From positions 23,389 to 87,388 of the forward strand of contig JBCBID010000016.1 in NCBI GenBank assembly GCA_038525015.1: a stretch of 64,000 nucleotides of DNA, in the 5' to 3' direction. Positions 20,234 through 29,257 of the stretch are shown piece by piece. Under the pieces are notes generated by a model, which was given only the letters and a program-made list of their open reading frames with translations, did no database searches and was not told the DNA's origin. Every line of letters starts with the position of its first letter. The stretch's first letter is position 1. A program made the position numbers and the translations under genes. The DNA is from Pseudomonadota bacterium. GTDB taxonomy: Bacteria; Pseudomonadota; Alphaproteobacteria; Rhodobacterales; Rhodobacteraceae.

Positions 20234-21073
20234 ATACTGATTTCAACGTGCCTAGCGACCCTAGGCCATCCTCAAAGACTGGCGTTATTCAGGTTGCTGA
20301 TGCGCCGCTACCCGGACCGTGTTCCGGCTACTGAGCTTGCGGATGCCCTTGATCTGAAGCCCAGCACTTTATCCGCTTACGTTAACGCGTTGATGAGGGT
20401 CGGACTTATCAGAAAAGAGCGGGTTGGAACCTCGCTGCGATATTCTGTTCAGATGGAAACCGCGCGCGAAACCTTCGACTATCTGCTGCGCGATTGCTGT
20501 CGTGGTCGACCAGAGATGTGTTTGCCACTCACCGGCTCAACCATGCTTGAGGACAATCCCGCGACCGACCGGAAGTACAATGTGCTGTTCATATGTAGGG
20601 GCAACTTCGCTCGGTCAATTTTTGCTGAAGCGATCCTGCGCAACGAGGCAGGGGATCGTTTTGTTGCTTACTCGGCGGGAACCATGTCCCGATCCGAACC
20701 GAACCCTCTTGCCTTGGATGTGCTGGACCTAAACGGTCACGATATTTCTGATCTAAAGTCAAAAACCATTGCAGTCTTTCAGCGCGATGATGCACCCCGT
20801 TTCGATTTCGTCTTTACCGTCTGCAACGCTGCTGCGAACCAGGATTGCGCAGCGTGGACGGGTCAACCGATAAGCGCGCATTGGGGGGTGCCCGATCCAG
20901 TTCGGGTCAAGGGCAGCGCTGCCGAAAAAACGCTAGCGTTTCATCAGACCTACAGCACGCTTTCGAACCGCGTAGCAGCGTTCGCAGCCCTGCCAATTCA
21001 ATCACTGGATCGGGTCGCCTTGCAAAGCGCAGTTGATGACATTGCCAAAAAGGACAAAGGAATGCCGTCGTGA
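20228..21073 (+). CDS. arsRC: ArsR-type regulator fused to LMW-PTP-type arsenate reductase
   Basis: [16 protein letters not shown] with C-terminal [10 protein letters not shown]; second domain CRGNFARS (CX5R), TVC...QDC, HWGVPDP. Confidence 0.9.
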   Translation: MEILISTCLATLGHPQRLALFRLLMRRYPDRVPATELADALDLKPSTLSAYVNALMRVGLIRKERVGTSLRYSVQMETARETFDYLLRDCCRGRPEMCLPLTGSTMLEDNPATDRKYNVLFICRGNFARSIFAEAILRNEAGDRFVAYSAGTMSRSEPNPLALDVLDLNGHDISDLKSKTIAVFQRDDAPRFDFVFTVCNAAANQDCAAWTGQPISAHWGVPDPVRVKGSAAEKTLAFHQTYSTLSNRVAAFAALPIQSLDRVALQSAVDDIAKKDKGMPS

Positions 21074-22068
21074 CCACCTATGCACTGAACGGTCTTGGCC
21101 GTATCGGGAAACTGGCTTTGAAGCCGCTGCTGGAACGGGGAGCGAAGATCGCTTGGATCAATGATGCGGTCGGTAATCCCGAAATGCACGCGCATCTTCT
21201 TGAATTCGACACGGTACACGGCCGGTGGAATGCTGAGTTTTCGCATGATCCTGAGAGTGTCACTGTTAACGGCACGCGGCTGCCGTTCATTGGAACCGGA
21301 AGCATCGCCAAGCTTCCGCTGGACGGGGTCGATGTAATGATCGACTGTACCGGCGTTTTCAAGACTGAAGCAAAGATTACCCCCTATTTTGACGCAGGGG
21401 TGAAAAAGGTTGTCGTGTCGGCGCCGGTCAAAGACGGCGGTGCAGCAAACATTGTCTATGGCGTTAACGAAGGTATCTATAACCCGAGCCAGCACCGTAT
21501 TGTGACGGCCGCAAGTTGCACGACAAACTGCCTTGCGCCGGTGGTGAAAGTCATTCACGAAAACATAGGTATCAAGCATGGGTCAATCACAACGGTCCAC
21601 GACGTCACCAACACCCAAACCATTGTGGACCGACCTGCAAAAGATCTGCGCCGGGCACGTTCGGCGCTTAATTCGCTGATACCCACGACAACGGGTAGCG
21701 CAACAGCTATCACACTGATTTACCCTGATCTCGCCGGGCGCCTGAACGGACATGCCGTCCGCGTACCCTTATTGAATGCCTCGCTGACAGACTGCGTCTT
21801 TGAGGTCGAGCGCAGCACCACAGCCGAAGAGGTCAACGCACTTTTCAAAACTGCCGCCGACGGGCACCTCAAGGGCATCCTCGGCTATGAGGAGCGCCCA
21901 TTGGTATCGACTGACTATACCAACGACACACGCTCAACCATCGTGGACGCACCTTCGACGATGGTGGTGAACGAAACGCAAGTGAAAGTGTACGCGTGGT
22001 ACGATAACGAAATGGGCTATGCCAATAGATTGGTGGATGTCGCCCTTCTGGTCGGGGCGTCGGTTTGA
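21070..22068 (+). CDS. gap: ArsJ-associated glyceraldehyde-3-phosphate dehydrogenase
   Basis: [25 protein letters not shown]; coupled between arsRC and arsJ. Confidence 0.92.
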   Translation: MTTYALNGLGRIGKLALKPLLERGAKIAWINDAVGNPEMHAHLLEFDTVHGRWNAEFSHDPESVTVNGTRLPFIGTGSIAKLPLDGVDVMIDCTGVFKTEAKITPYFDAGVKKVVVSAPVKDGGAANIVYGVNEGIYNPSQHRIVTAASCTTNCLAPVVKVIHENIGIKHGSITTVHDVTNTQTIVDRPAKDLRRARSALNSLIPTTTGSATAITLIYPDLAGRLNGHAVRVPLLNASLTDCVFEVERSTTAEEVNALFKTAADGHLKGILGYEERPLVSTDYTNDTRSTIVDAPSTMVVNETQVKVYAWYDNEMGYANRLVDVALLVGASV

Positions 22069-23321
22069 TGGAAACCTCTGCACGACCCGAGGGACTATCC
22101 GCATACATGGCCGTTACGGCCGCCTATTGGGGGTTCATGCTCACCGACGGCGCGCTTAGAATGCTGGTGCTTTTGCATTTTCACACTTTGGGCTTCTCGT
22201 CGGTCCAACTTGCTTACCTCTTCGTTCTGTACGAAATCGCCGGAATGGTGACGAACCTCTGCGCCGGTTGGCTTGCGGCACGGTTTGGGCTGACGTCCAC
22301 CCTTTATGCAGGTTTGGGGCTGCAGGTTCTTGCGTTGTTGGCGTTGGCACAGCTTGATCCCGGTTGGGCGATAGGCATCTCAGTTGCCTATGTGATGATT
22401 GTGCAGGGTGCGAGCGGAGTGGCCAAAGACCTTGCCAAGATGTCATCCAAATCCGCGGTAAAGCTGCTCGCTCCGACCGAAGGCGGTGGGTTGTTTCGGT
22501 GGGTCGCGCTTTTGACAGGGTCCAAAAATGCGGTGAAGGGCCTTGGCTTTCTTCTCGGGGCAGCACTTTTGGCCACTCTCGGGTTTACGTGGTCGGTGTT
22601 GGGTATGGCCACGTTCCTGACCATCGTTCTGTTTGCTGTTCTCACCTTGATGCCATCCGGGCTACCAGCCGGACGCAAGAGCGCCAAGTTCGCCGAGGTC
22701 TTTTCCAAATCGGCAAACGTGAATTGGCTCTCCATTGCGCGGGTTTTTCTGTTTGGGGCGAGGGATGTCTGGTTCGTGGTTGGGATACCGATCTACTTCT
22801 ATGCGGTCCTGTCCGATGGTAGCGAAGCCGGCAATCGAGCCGCATTCTTCATGATCGGAACATTTATGGCAGGATGGGTGATCCTTTATGGATTTATGCA
22901 AGCCGCTACGCCACGCTTGATGAACGTAGCACAGCGCCCCACGACCGACGTTGTGCGGTCCGCCCGCGGTTGGGCTTGGCTGCTGGCGGTCATTCCTGCG
23001 CTGCTTACATTTGCGGCTTTGGCTTCCGCAGAACCGCAGACCTGGTTGTCGATCGCCCTCATTGTCGGTCTGCTTGCCTTTGGCGCCGTATTCGCGATCA
23101 ACTCGGCCCTACACTCCTACCTTATCCTTGCCTTCACCAAGGCTGAGCGCGTCACCATGGATGTTGGTTTCTATTATATGGCGAATGCAGGTGGTAGGTT
23201 GTCGGGCACAATATTGTCCGGTTTGACCTATCAGGTGGGAGGCTTGCCGCTCATGCTTGGGACGGCGACACTAATGGTCGCATCAGCGGCGATCGCTGCC
23301 GGTTACTTAAAAGAAGTCTAA
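22068..23321 (+). CDS. arsJ: Organoarsenical efflux MFS transporter ArsJ
   Basis: YWGFMLTDGALRMLVLLHF, KDLAKMSSKSAVK, LTGSKNAVKG, DVGFYYMANA.GR; downstream of gapdh. Confidence 0.92.
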   Translation: METSARPEGLSAYMAVTAAYWGFMLTDGALRMLVLLHFHTLGFSSVQLAYLFVLYEIAGMVTNLCAGWLAARFGLTSTLYAGLGLQVLALLALAQLDPGWAIGISVAYVMIVQGASGVAKDLAKMSSKSAVKLLAPTEGGGLFRWVALLTGSKNAVKGLGFLLGAALLATLGFTWSVLGMATFLTIVLFAVLTLMPSGLPAGRKSAKFAEVFSKSANVNWLSIARVFLFGARDVWFVVGIPIYFYAVLSDGSEAGNRAAFFMIGTFMAGWVILYGFMQAATPRLMNVAQRPTTDVVRSARGWAWLLAVIPALLTFAALASAEPQTWLSIALIVGLLAFGAVFAINSALHSYLILAFTKAERVTMDVGFYYMANAGGRLSGTILSGLTYQVGGLPLMLGTATLMVASAAIAAGYLKEV

Positions 23322-23331
23322 GCCCAGTCGA

Positions 23332-23664
23332 TCAGCTCTGTAGCTGCTTCGACGTGAGCCATTTTTTGATGTCTTCGATCGGAGCGCCGACAAACTCGCT
23401 TGGCGTTTTATCATCAAAGACGTGCTTGCGCGGGTCAAATATGCTTGGACCACGGGCATTTCTTTTTCGTATCCAAACCGCAGCTATGCGCTTATCTTCG
23501 TCTAACTCTGCGACGTAGCAATCCATGTCCCCGCCCCCAGTAAAGCGTACCACCTCCGTCACGCTAGATGCCTCCATGCGATTCGAAAAGGTAAACGGCT
23601 TGGTCGGACCAGGGTGCGAGGTGTAACGCCCCGGTGAGTTGCTCATCGGCGCGTTCATGAACAC
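23332..23664 (-). CDS. Hypothetical protein
   Basis: 110-aa ORF filling the gap between arsJ and the phosphatase gene; no motif recognised; start uncertain. Confidence 0.45.
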   Translation of the reverse strand: MFMNAPMSNSPGRYTSHPGPTKPFTFSNRMEASSVTEVVRFTGGGDMDCYVAELDEDKRIAAVWIRKRNARGPSIFDPRKHVFDDKTPSEFVGAPIEDIKKWLTSKQLQS

Positions 23665-23676
23665 GTATTTTGGTTG

Positions 23677-25833
23677 TTAAAATTTGCCGGGCGACCAGAA
23701 GTACGTCTCGCCCGAACTGTCATCGACCCCGTCATTGTCGGTGCTGATCCAGGCCGTGCCATCTTCGAAAATGGCCAGTCCCTCGACCTTGTCGACGACG
23801 AACCCGCTCAGCGACTGAAGATCAGGTATCAGGTCGCGGACTTCTTCTTTGCGCACCACTGGCAATTCACTGCCCAATGGTGCTGGCACCATATCGACGG
23901 CGGGAATACGATAAATCTTCTTCGTTACCGCAGCGCCACCGATTTGGTTATCACGCTCGATAACGTATACAAAATCGCCATGAGCCACGATTTCTGAGAG
24001 ACCGACCCAGCCCGTTTGAGGCTCTGCCTTGGGATAATGAACGGCGCCCCATTCTTCGGTTACAAGGTCGTAAGCCACCAGCTTCACATGGTTGGCCGGA
24101 TCATCCGCCCACTCACGCTGCACTGCCAGCCACAGGGTATTGCCAATTCTGGTAATGCCTTCGAACCCAAAGCGGCGTTCAACCGCCATCAATTCGCGCG
24201 GCAGGCCGATTTCGCCGGTGCGGAACTGTATCTGACCATTGGCATCCACGTGATAGATCGCATGAGGGATTGCCCGGTCGGTGCGCCCTTCTGAGGCGAT
24301 AAAAAAGCCACCCGCGCCGTCCAGTGCAATGCCCTCAATATCAATCTGTTGCGCCGGGTCCCCGTTCTGACGCGTCACAAGGAGATGATCCACGATGGTC
24401 GCGGGTGTCGTTTTGGTATCAATTTTGAAGATCGTGGGCTGAAAGCCGTAGAAGCTATCGTTTACCGCCCAAAGGATACCGTCAGCGTCCGCCACCATGC
24501 CCGATATCGCCCCCCAACCGATTAAGTGGTCCGCACCGGCTGAGGTCAGCTGAGGATAGATCGGTTCGGCATCCTGCAGTTCGTAGATCATGACATGGCT
24601 GCGTACGCCTCCGTCTTCGATCAGATCTACTTCGTTCGCCGTCACAAATAGGTTGCGGGAAGGGATTGCGACTGCACCTTCAGGCCCAATTCCGCTTGGC
24701 AGAAGCTGCGACAGAACTGGCGCTGCCGGATCGCTAAGGTCGTAAACACCGACGACAGAGGACCGTTCCGCCAGAATAAAGGCCATGGGAATGCCACCGA
24801 AGACCGCGAACTCCATACCCTCCGGCTCGACCCCCTTGGCGTCCGAGCGCTTGTCTGGATAGTGGCCGATTTCAACGATGGCGTGTTCAAATTCGGTGCC
24901 GTTCTCGTAAACCTCAGTTCCGTCCTGATGGAAAATCGTCCAGCCACGCGCGCCCCCGTCCATATCGCCTTCGTTCGCTATGGCGAAATGATCATTATCG
25001 ATCCACTGCACAGCATCAGGTTCGCGCAGACGTCCAGGTTGGCTTTCGTCAAAGATCAACGCGGCGCGTTCGTCGGTCGCGTCGATATTTTCCAGATCGA
25101 CTCTACCAGCCGAGAAATGGCTGATCACGCCGTCTTTGTTCGCCACGACGATGTGGTTGTTTTCCTGCAATGTGACAACGATTTCACCCTCGTCGTTGAT
25201 ATCCACGAATTCCGGCTCCGGGTCTAAAGGTGCAATGTCTGCTAGGCCTGCGACGTCGATCACATTCAATGTTGAGCAATCCAGTGTGCCCCCTGCCACA
25301 TCTACGGTGACGACGAAGCCGCCAGGCATCTGACCAACGCGCCCATCGCCAAGGTCTTCATCCCGCTCATTCTCTATCGCGATTGCAAGAAATGAACCGT
25401 CAGGGCTTGCTGCAGTTGAGTCGGGCTGCCCCCCTAATTCGCAGGCAGTAACCTCAACCATATTTTCAAGGTCAAATGCCTTCACCACACCCGAAGGGTC
25501 TGTGAAGCTCTCCGATGTGTTCACGCCGACAAAGGCCGTATTGCCAATGATCGAAACCGCTGTTGGTTCGCCGCCGATAGCGATGTTGCCTTTTGCCTTC
25601 GGTTGGGTGGGATCGGCAATGTCGATCAAGCCGATCACTTCCAATGGGCTGTCGGTATAAACGAGTGTTAGGCCATCCGCTGTTGCACTAATGATCTCGG
25701 CCGAACTTTCAGCCGCTGCATCGGCGTTGTTTAGAAAGGTTGGAAAGCTCGCTATACGGTTGAACGCATCCGCGTTCACCATGCTGGCTGATATCGCAAT
25801 GACGGATGTGGTCGTAACGGTTTTCCAGGTCAT
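23677..25833 (-). CDS. Secreted phosphatase-like protein (alkaline-phosphatase-like N-terminal region plus esterase-like-activity-of-phytase domain)
   Basis: Signal-like MTWKTVTTTSVIAISASMVNA after GGAAGG RBS; GQPDS, EPEFV, KGVEPEG, GIGPEG, GFEGIT, DKVEGL...STDNDGVDDSSGET. Confidence 0.8.
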   Translation of the reverse strand: MTWKTVTTTSVIAISASMVNADAFNRIASFPTFLNNADAAAESSAEIISATADGLTLVYTDSPLEVIGLIDIADPTQPKAKGNIAIGGEPTAVSIIGNTAFVGVNTSESFTDPSGVVKAFDLENMVEVTACELGGQPDSTAASPDGSFLAIAIENERDEDLGDGRVGQMPGGFVVTVDVAGGTLDCSTLNVIDVAGLADIAPLDPEPEFVDINDEGEIVVTLQENNHIVVANKDGVISHFSAGRVDLENIDATDERAALIFDESQPGRLREPDAVQWIDNDHFAIANEGDMDGGARGWTIFHQDGTEVYENGTEFEHAIVEIGHYPDKRSDAKGVEPEGMEFAVFGGIPMAFILAERSSVVGVYDLSDPAAPVLSQLLPSGIGPEGAVAIPSRNLFVTANEVDLIEDGGVRSHVMIYELQDAEPIYPQLTSAGADHLIGWGAISGMVADADGILWAVNDSFYGFQPTIFKIDTKTTPATIVDHLLVTRQNGDPAQQIDIEGIALDGAGGFFIASEGRTDRAIPHAIYHVDANGQIQFRTGEIGLPRELMAVERRFGFEGITRIGNTLWLAVQREWADDPANHVKLVAYDLVTEEWGAVHYPKAEPQTGWVGLSEIVAHGDFVYVIERDNQIGGAAVTKKIYRIPAVDMVPAPLGSELPVVRKEEVRDLIPDLQSLSGFVVDKVEGLAIFEDGTAWISTDNDGVDDSSGETYFWSPGKF

Positions 25834-25877
25834 ATCGCCTTCCCCATGTGTATCGGAGCATTGCGTGCACAGGGAAA

Positions 25878-25917
25878 GCGACAACTTCGTAACAAACGAA
25901 CAACGGTTTTGTGAAAG
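25878..25917 (-). promoter_or_regulatory. Putative tandem Pho box
   Basis: Minus strand CTTTCAC-AAAA-CCGTTGT-TCGT-TTGTTAC-GAAG-TTGTCGC: four heptamers at exact 11-bp phase, resembling CTGTCAT, 45 bp upstream of a phosphatase start. Confidence 0.5.
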
Positions 25918-26315
25918 GTGACCTTGTGCATTCCCTTTAACAGTGAACAGTTTAGGGCCTTGGTTTGAGTATGTCGGCCAGCTCACCGAATTATATGAAC
26001 CTTACAGACTTCATTGTCCTGGATAATCGGCGCCGATCCGGTCGCGGCACACGTCCTATTCCAACCAGAGACTGGCTGTTGCCGATAGCATTTTGGCTGA
26101 GCCGCGCAGTTCGCTGCACCCCGTTCAGGGCCGGTCCTTTTCCGCAAAAGGAGCACCACCCCTCGGACTCTCGCCTTCGTCGCATGCCCCGATCAAGATA
26201 CCGAGTGTGCCCGACCTATGCTTTCCACAAATACTTGTTCGGCGCTCATCGCTGTGCGTTGTGACAGACGGCGTACCCAGCGTGACAGAATCTCGGCCAT
26301 CTCCGCCCGTGAGGT

Positions 26316-26800
26316 GGGTGATCTTATCGTGATCCGGGCGCGTACGTTTGCACAAAAAGTACAGCATGCGATCCTGCGCGACATTCTGGTGGACGAAGCC
26401 CCGCGCCGTCTTGAATGGTAGCTATTGTTTTTGATCGCGCGCTTTGGCAGTTGTCATTTCTGCCCGCACTATAACCAAGATATCCATTGATCTAATCCAT
26501 GGCAGCCGCGTCGCCGTCACCCTTGAGAATAAGGGGCTGATCGGAATGGCAAAAGACCCGACAAGCATTCGCCGCAAGCTGATCTCTTTAACGACGGAGA
26601 GCAAGAAGACTGCTGATCGTATCTCACCCCCCGCCAAAGCTCACGTTCAAAGAGTGACGGCGCAACTGGACGATCAAGAACTCAAAGAACTCAAACGACT
26701 ACTTGGGCTGATTACCACGTTCGCCAAAGCGCTTCATGATGACAAGGCGACCTATTTAACCAGCCAAGATACAAAAGAGGTTACCCGCATACCCGTCTAA
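26316..26800 (+). pseudogene. MarR-family regulator pseudogene
   Basis: DLIVIRARTFAQK...LEW*LL (TAG 26419-26421), then a different frame gives ISIDLIHGSRVAVTLENKGLI..KDPTSIRRKLISLT (HTH and wing). Confidence 0.65.
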
Positions 26801-26883
26801 GCAGGACAACAAATAGCGACCAAGGACAGAATAGCGCACCCAAACGCTAAAGGAGTAGATGGTCTCTAATTCAGGGGGATCGC

Positions 26884-27400
26884 ATGAAACAGATTAAAGT
26901 GATCGCTGCCACAGGAGTGATGATGCTGATGTCAACCGGGGCATTTGCGCAAGCCAACTTAGCGGCTGAAACCGCGAGCTCAGGCGGTGCCGTGCACCTG
27001 TTCCCCGGCCCACTTGACCGAAGTGGCGTGTACACAAGGGATCGCCAGCATCCCGTTGGCTTATGGTCAGACTCTCACCAACTCGATCCAAAACGTCGCC
27101 AAGCGCAAAACGGATATCGCAGGAACGCCTCAAATCTTGCCGTTCCTAATGAGCCGCAACGTCGGGCCATATGGCTCGCCTGGTCCTGAGAAAGGTGCCG
27201 AACGTGCTGGAAAACTTCGCGCAATCACTCCTGTTAAGTTTGGTGTGTTTTTCATGTTCGCCTATGACGCCAAAGGCATTGGAGGCTGAGACGATCTGAA
27301 GGGTCGTAAGACCTATAAGGGGCCGCACCTTGGGGCGCGCTGACCATGCCAGCAGCATGATCCAGATCGTGATGGTCCCGAAAGATAGCGAAGGCTGCGA
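26884..27400 (+). pseudogene. TAXI-family TRAP solute-binding protein pseudogene
   Basis: Signal peptide and AQANLAAETASSGGAVHL, frameshift to GQTLTNSIQNVA..KTDIAGTP.ILPFLMSR.VGPY; far shorter than an intact receptor. Confidence 0.65.
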
Positions 27401-27408
27401 AGGCATGT

Positions 27409-28900
27409 TTGGTGCCAATCCGGCCGAGCACACTGCTCTACAGCACGGCACTCGTTTTTGTCGCCGTTGGCCCGGTCAACAGCGTGCCCTCAATCCCTGG
27501 AAGGGAGGATATGTGGCGCTGCATCGCCGGTATCGAAAAGCTGAAGGTTCGCCCCCATGCGACCGAGCGGCTTTATCCAATCGACGTTGCTATCATGATG
27601 TTGATTATTGCGCTCAAACATTCAGTGTGGCGCGCGTGGACAGGCACAAGCCGCGCATGGTTCGGGTCTTCATCGACATGGCGTTGGTGGTCGCAGCGGC
27701 CACGATCTCACTGGCGTCCCTGATTGAGAGTGACAGCTCGCGCTTGATTGCTTCGATCAAAGGCAAGCGCGTCCGCATCATGGCCGCGACGCTTGAAGCC
27801 GAAATCATCTTTGCCGAGAGGATGAGCCTGCCCGTGCCAGATGCGGTCCAAAACCCGAAATGCGTGGCGACAAACAGCGTCTGGCTGGTCGCAATCATGG
27901 GCAGCTACCCCCTGATATTTCTAGGTTACAACATCAAGGCCTGGGGCCTCCCGCTGGTCGCCATCTCGATTGTGGTAGCGATCTAAACCATCGACACGGT
28001 GCGCGTGTGGTATTTCCAAGGGCCCGATGACATCAACACATATCCGATGAACAATCCGGGGGAGAGCCGCGCACATTCCTTGAAAGTGTTCCCAACAAGC
28101 ATGACGCGCGGGTGAAGAATGCCGCAGGCATTCTTGGGAAGTTTATGAAAGTGATCTTGAATGTCGTGTTTGCCTACATTGTCCTTGGCGCACTGTTCGG
28201 TACGATTACAGGCGGGCCTGTTGTCAACGTCCTATCAAAAGGCGTTCTGACCATTCCGATGATGACCAGGCGCGAATTTTCCAAGGTTTTACCCGTGGGA
28301 TGGAGGCCTCGTCCCCGGCTCGATCATGCCGCGCGTTATGGGCATGGCTGCGTTCATTCTGGCGGCGATGACATGTGTGCCTTATCGCGACGTAATCATC
28401 GCTGCGACTTTGCCCGCCGTTGTCTATTTCCTGAGCCTGTTTCTGATCGCATCGTTTCAATCTCGCAAAAAGGGAATCGAGGCGATTAGTAATCTGACCA
28501 AGGATATGGGGACCACGCGCACAGACGTGCTGCATCTCAGCCAAGTCTTCCTATCTATTCTGCTGATCATTGGCCTGTTCCAGTTCTTTGCGATGACCGT
28601 AAAGATGCTGCTGGGTATGGGGATGACCGCGGTTCCGGCCCATATCAATGTCGCGTTGCTGATGGGCCTATGCTGATCGAACTTGGCATCGCGACCTTTA
28701 TGGCGCACATGTTCATCTTCTATTTCGCAATCGCCTCGGCGATAGCGCCGCCCGTCGCCCTTGCCGCGTCCACAATTTACTGAAGCTGAGCCGATCGCCA
28801 AGGGTTTCAGCGCCGTGCGGTATGACATTGTGATGTTCGTGATCCCCCCTTTGTCTTTACGTTCTATCCAGAGCATTCACTGATCGATCAAGCCGTCATC
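27409..28900 (+). pseudogene. TRAP fused (4TM/12TM) permease pseudogene
   Basis: Fragments in different frames: MALVVAAATISL, FAYIVLGALFG, MPRVMGMAAFILAA..VPYRDVIIAATLPAVVYFLSLF, AHMFIFYFAIASAIAPPVALAA. Confidence 0.7.
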
Positions 28901-29257
28901 GATCCGTTGAGCCCGTTCAGAGCCCCCTTGCCTGCATCTGAACGGGCGTTACCAAGCGCACCACCCCGGCGGAAAATCAAATACAGCAGCCTGTAAAGCA
29001 TCAAAGCCCATCAATTGGATCGCGCGTTGGCGGGTCGCAGTGCGCGGACAAGTCACTTAGCTCTATACCCTGAATCGTCGTGACTTTGGTTTTCCTGCTA
29101 GCGCACTCATAGCTGCCACCGTCGGTCAATGTAGGCGCCACAGCATTGCTTTTGAGTCTCAAAAACGCAGTAAAACTTTGCAAGTTTGACCAATGGCATC
29201 CACAAGATCGGTCTTGTCAGCATTGAACCTGTGCAGACACTGAGTAGTCTGAACTGC

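Noticed and set aside
25991-26300. Possible enoyl-CoA hydratase-like remnant on the minus strand
   Set aside because: Resemblance is too faint to support by eye.
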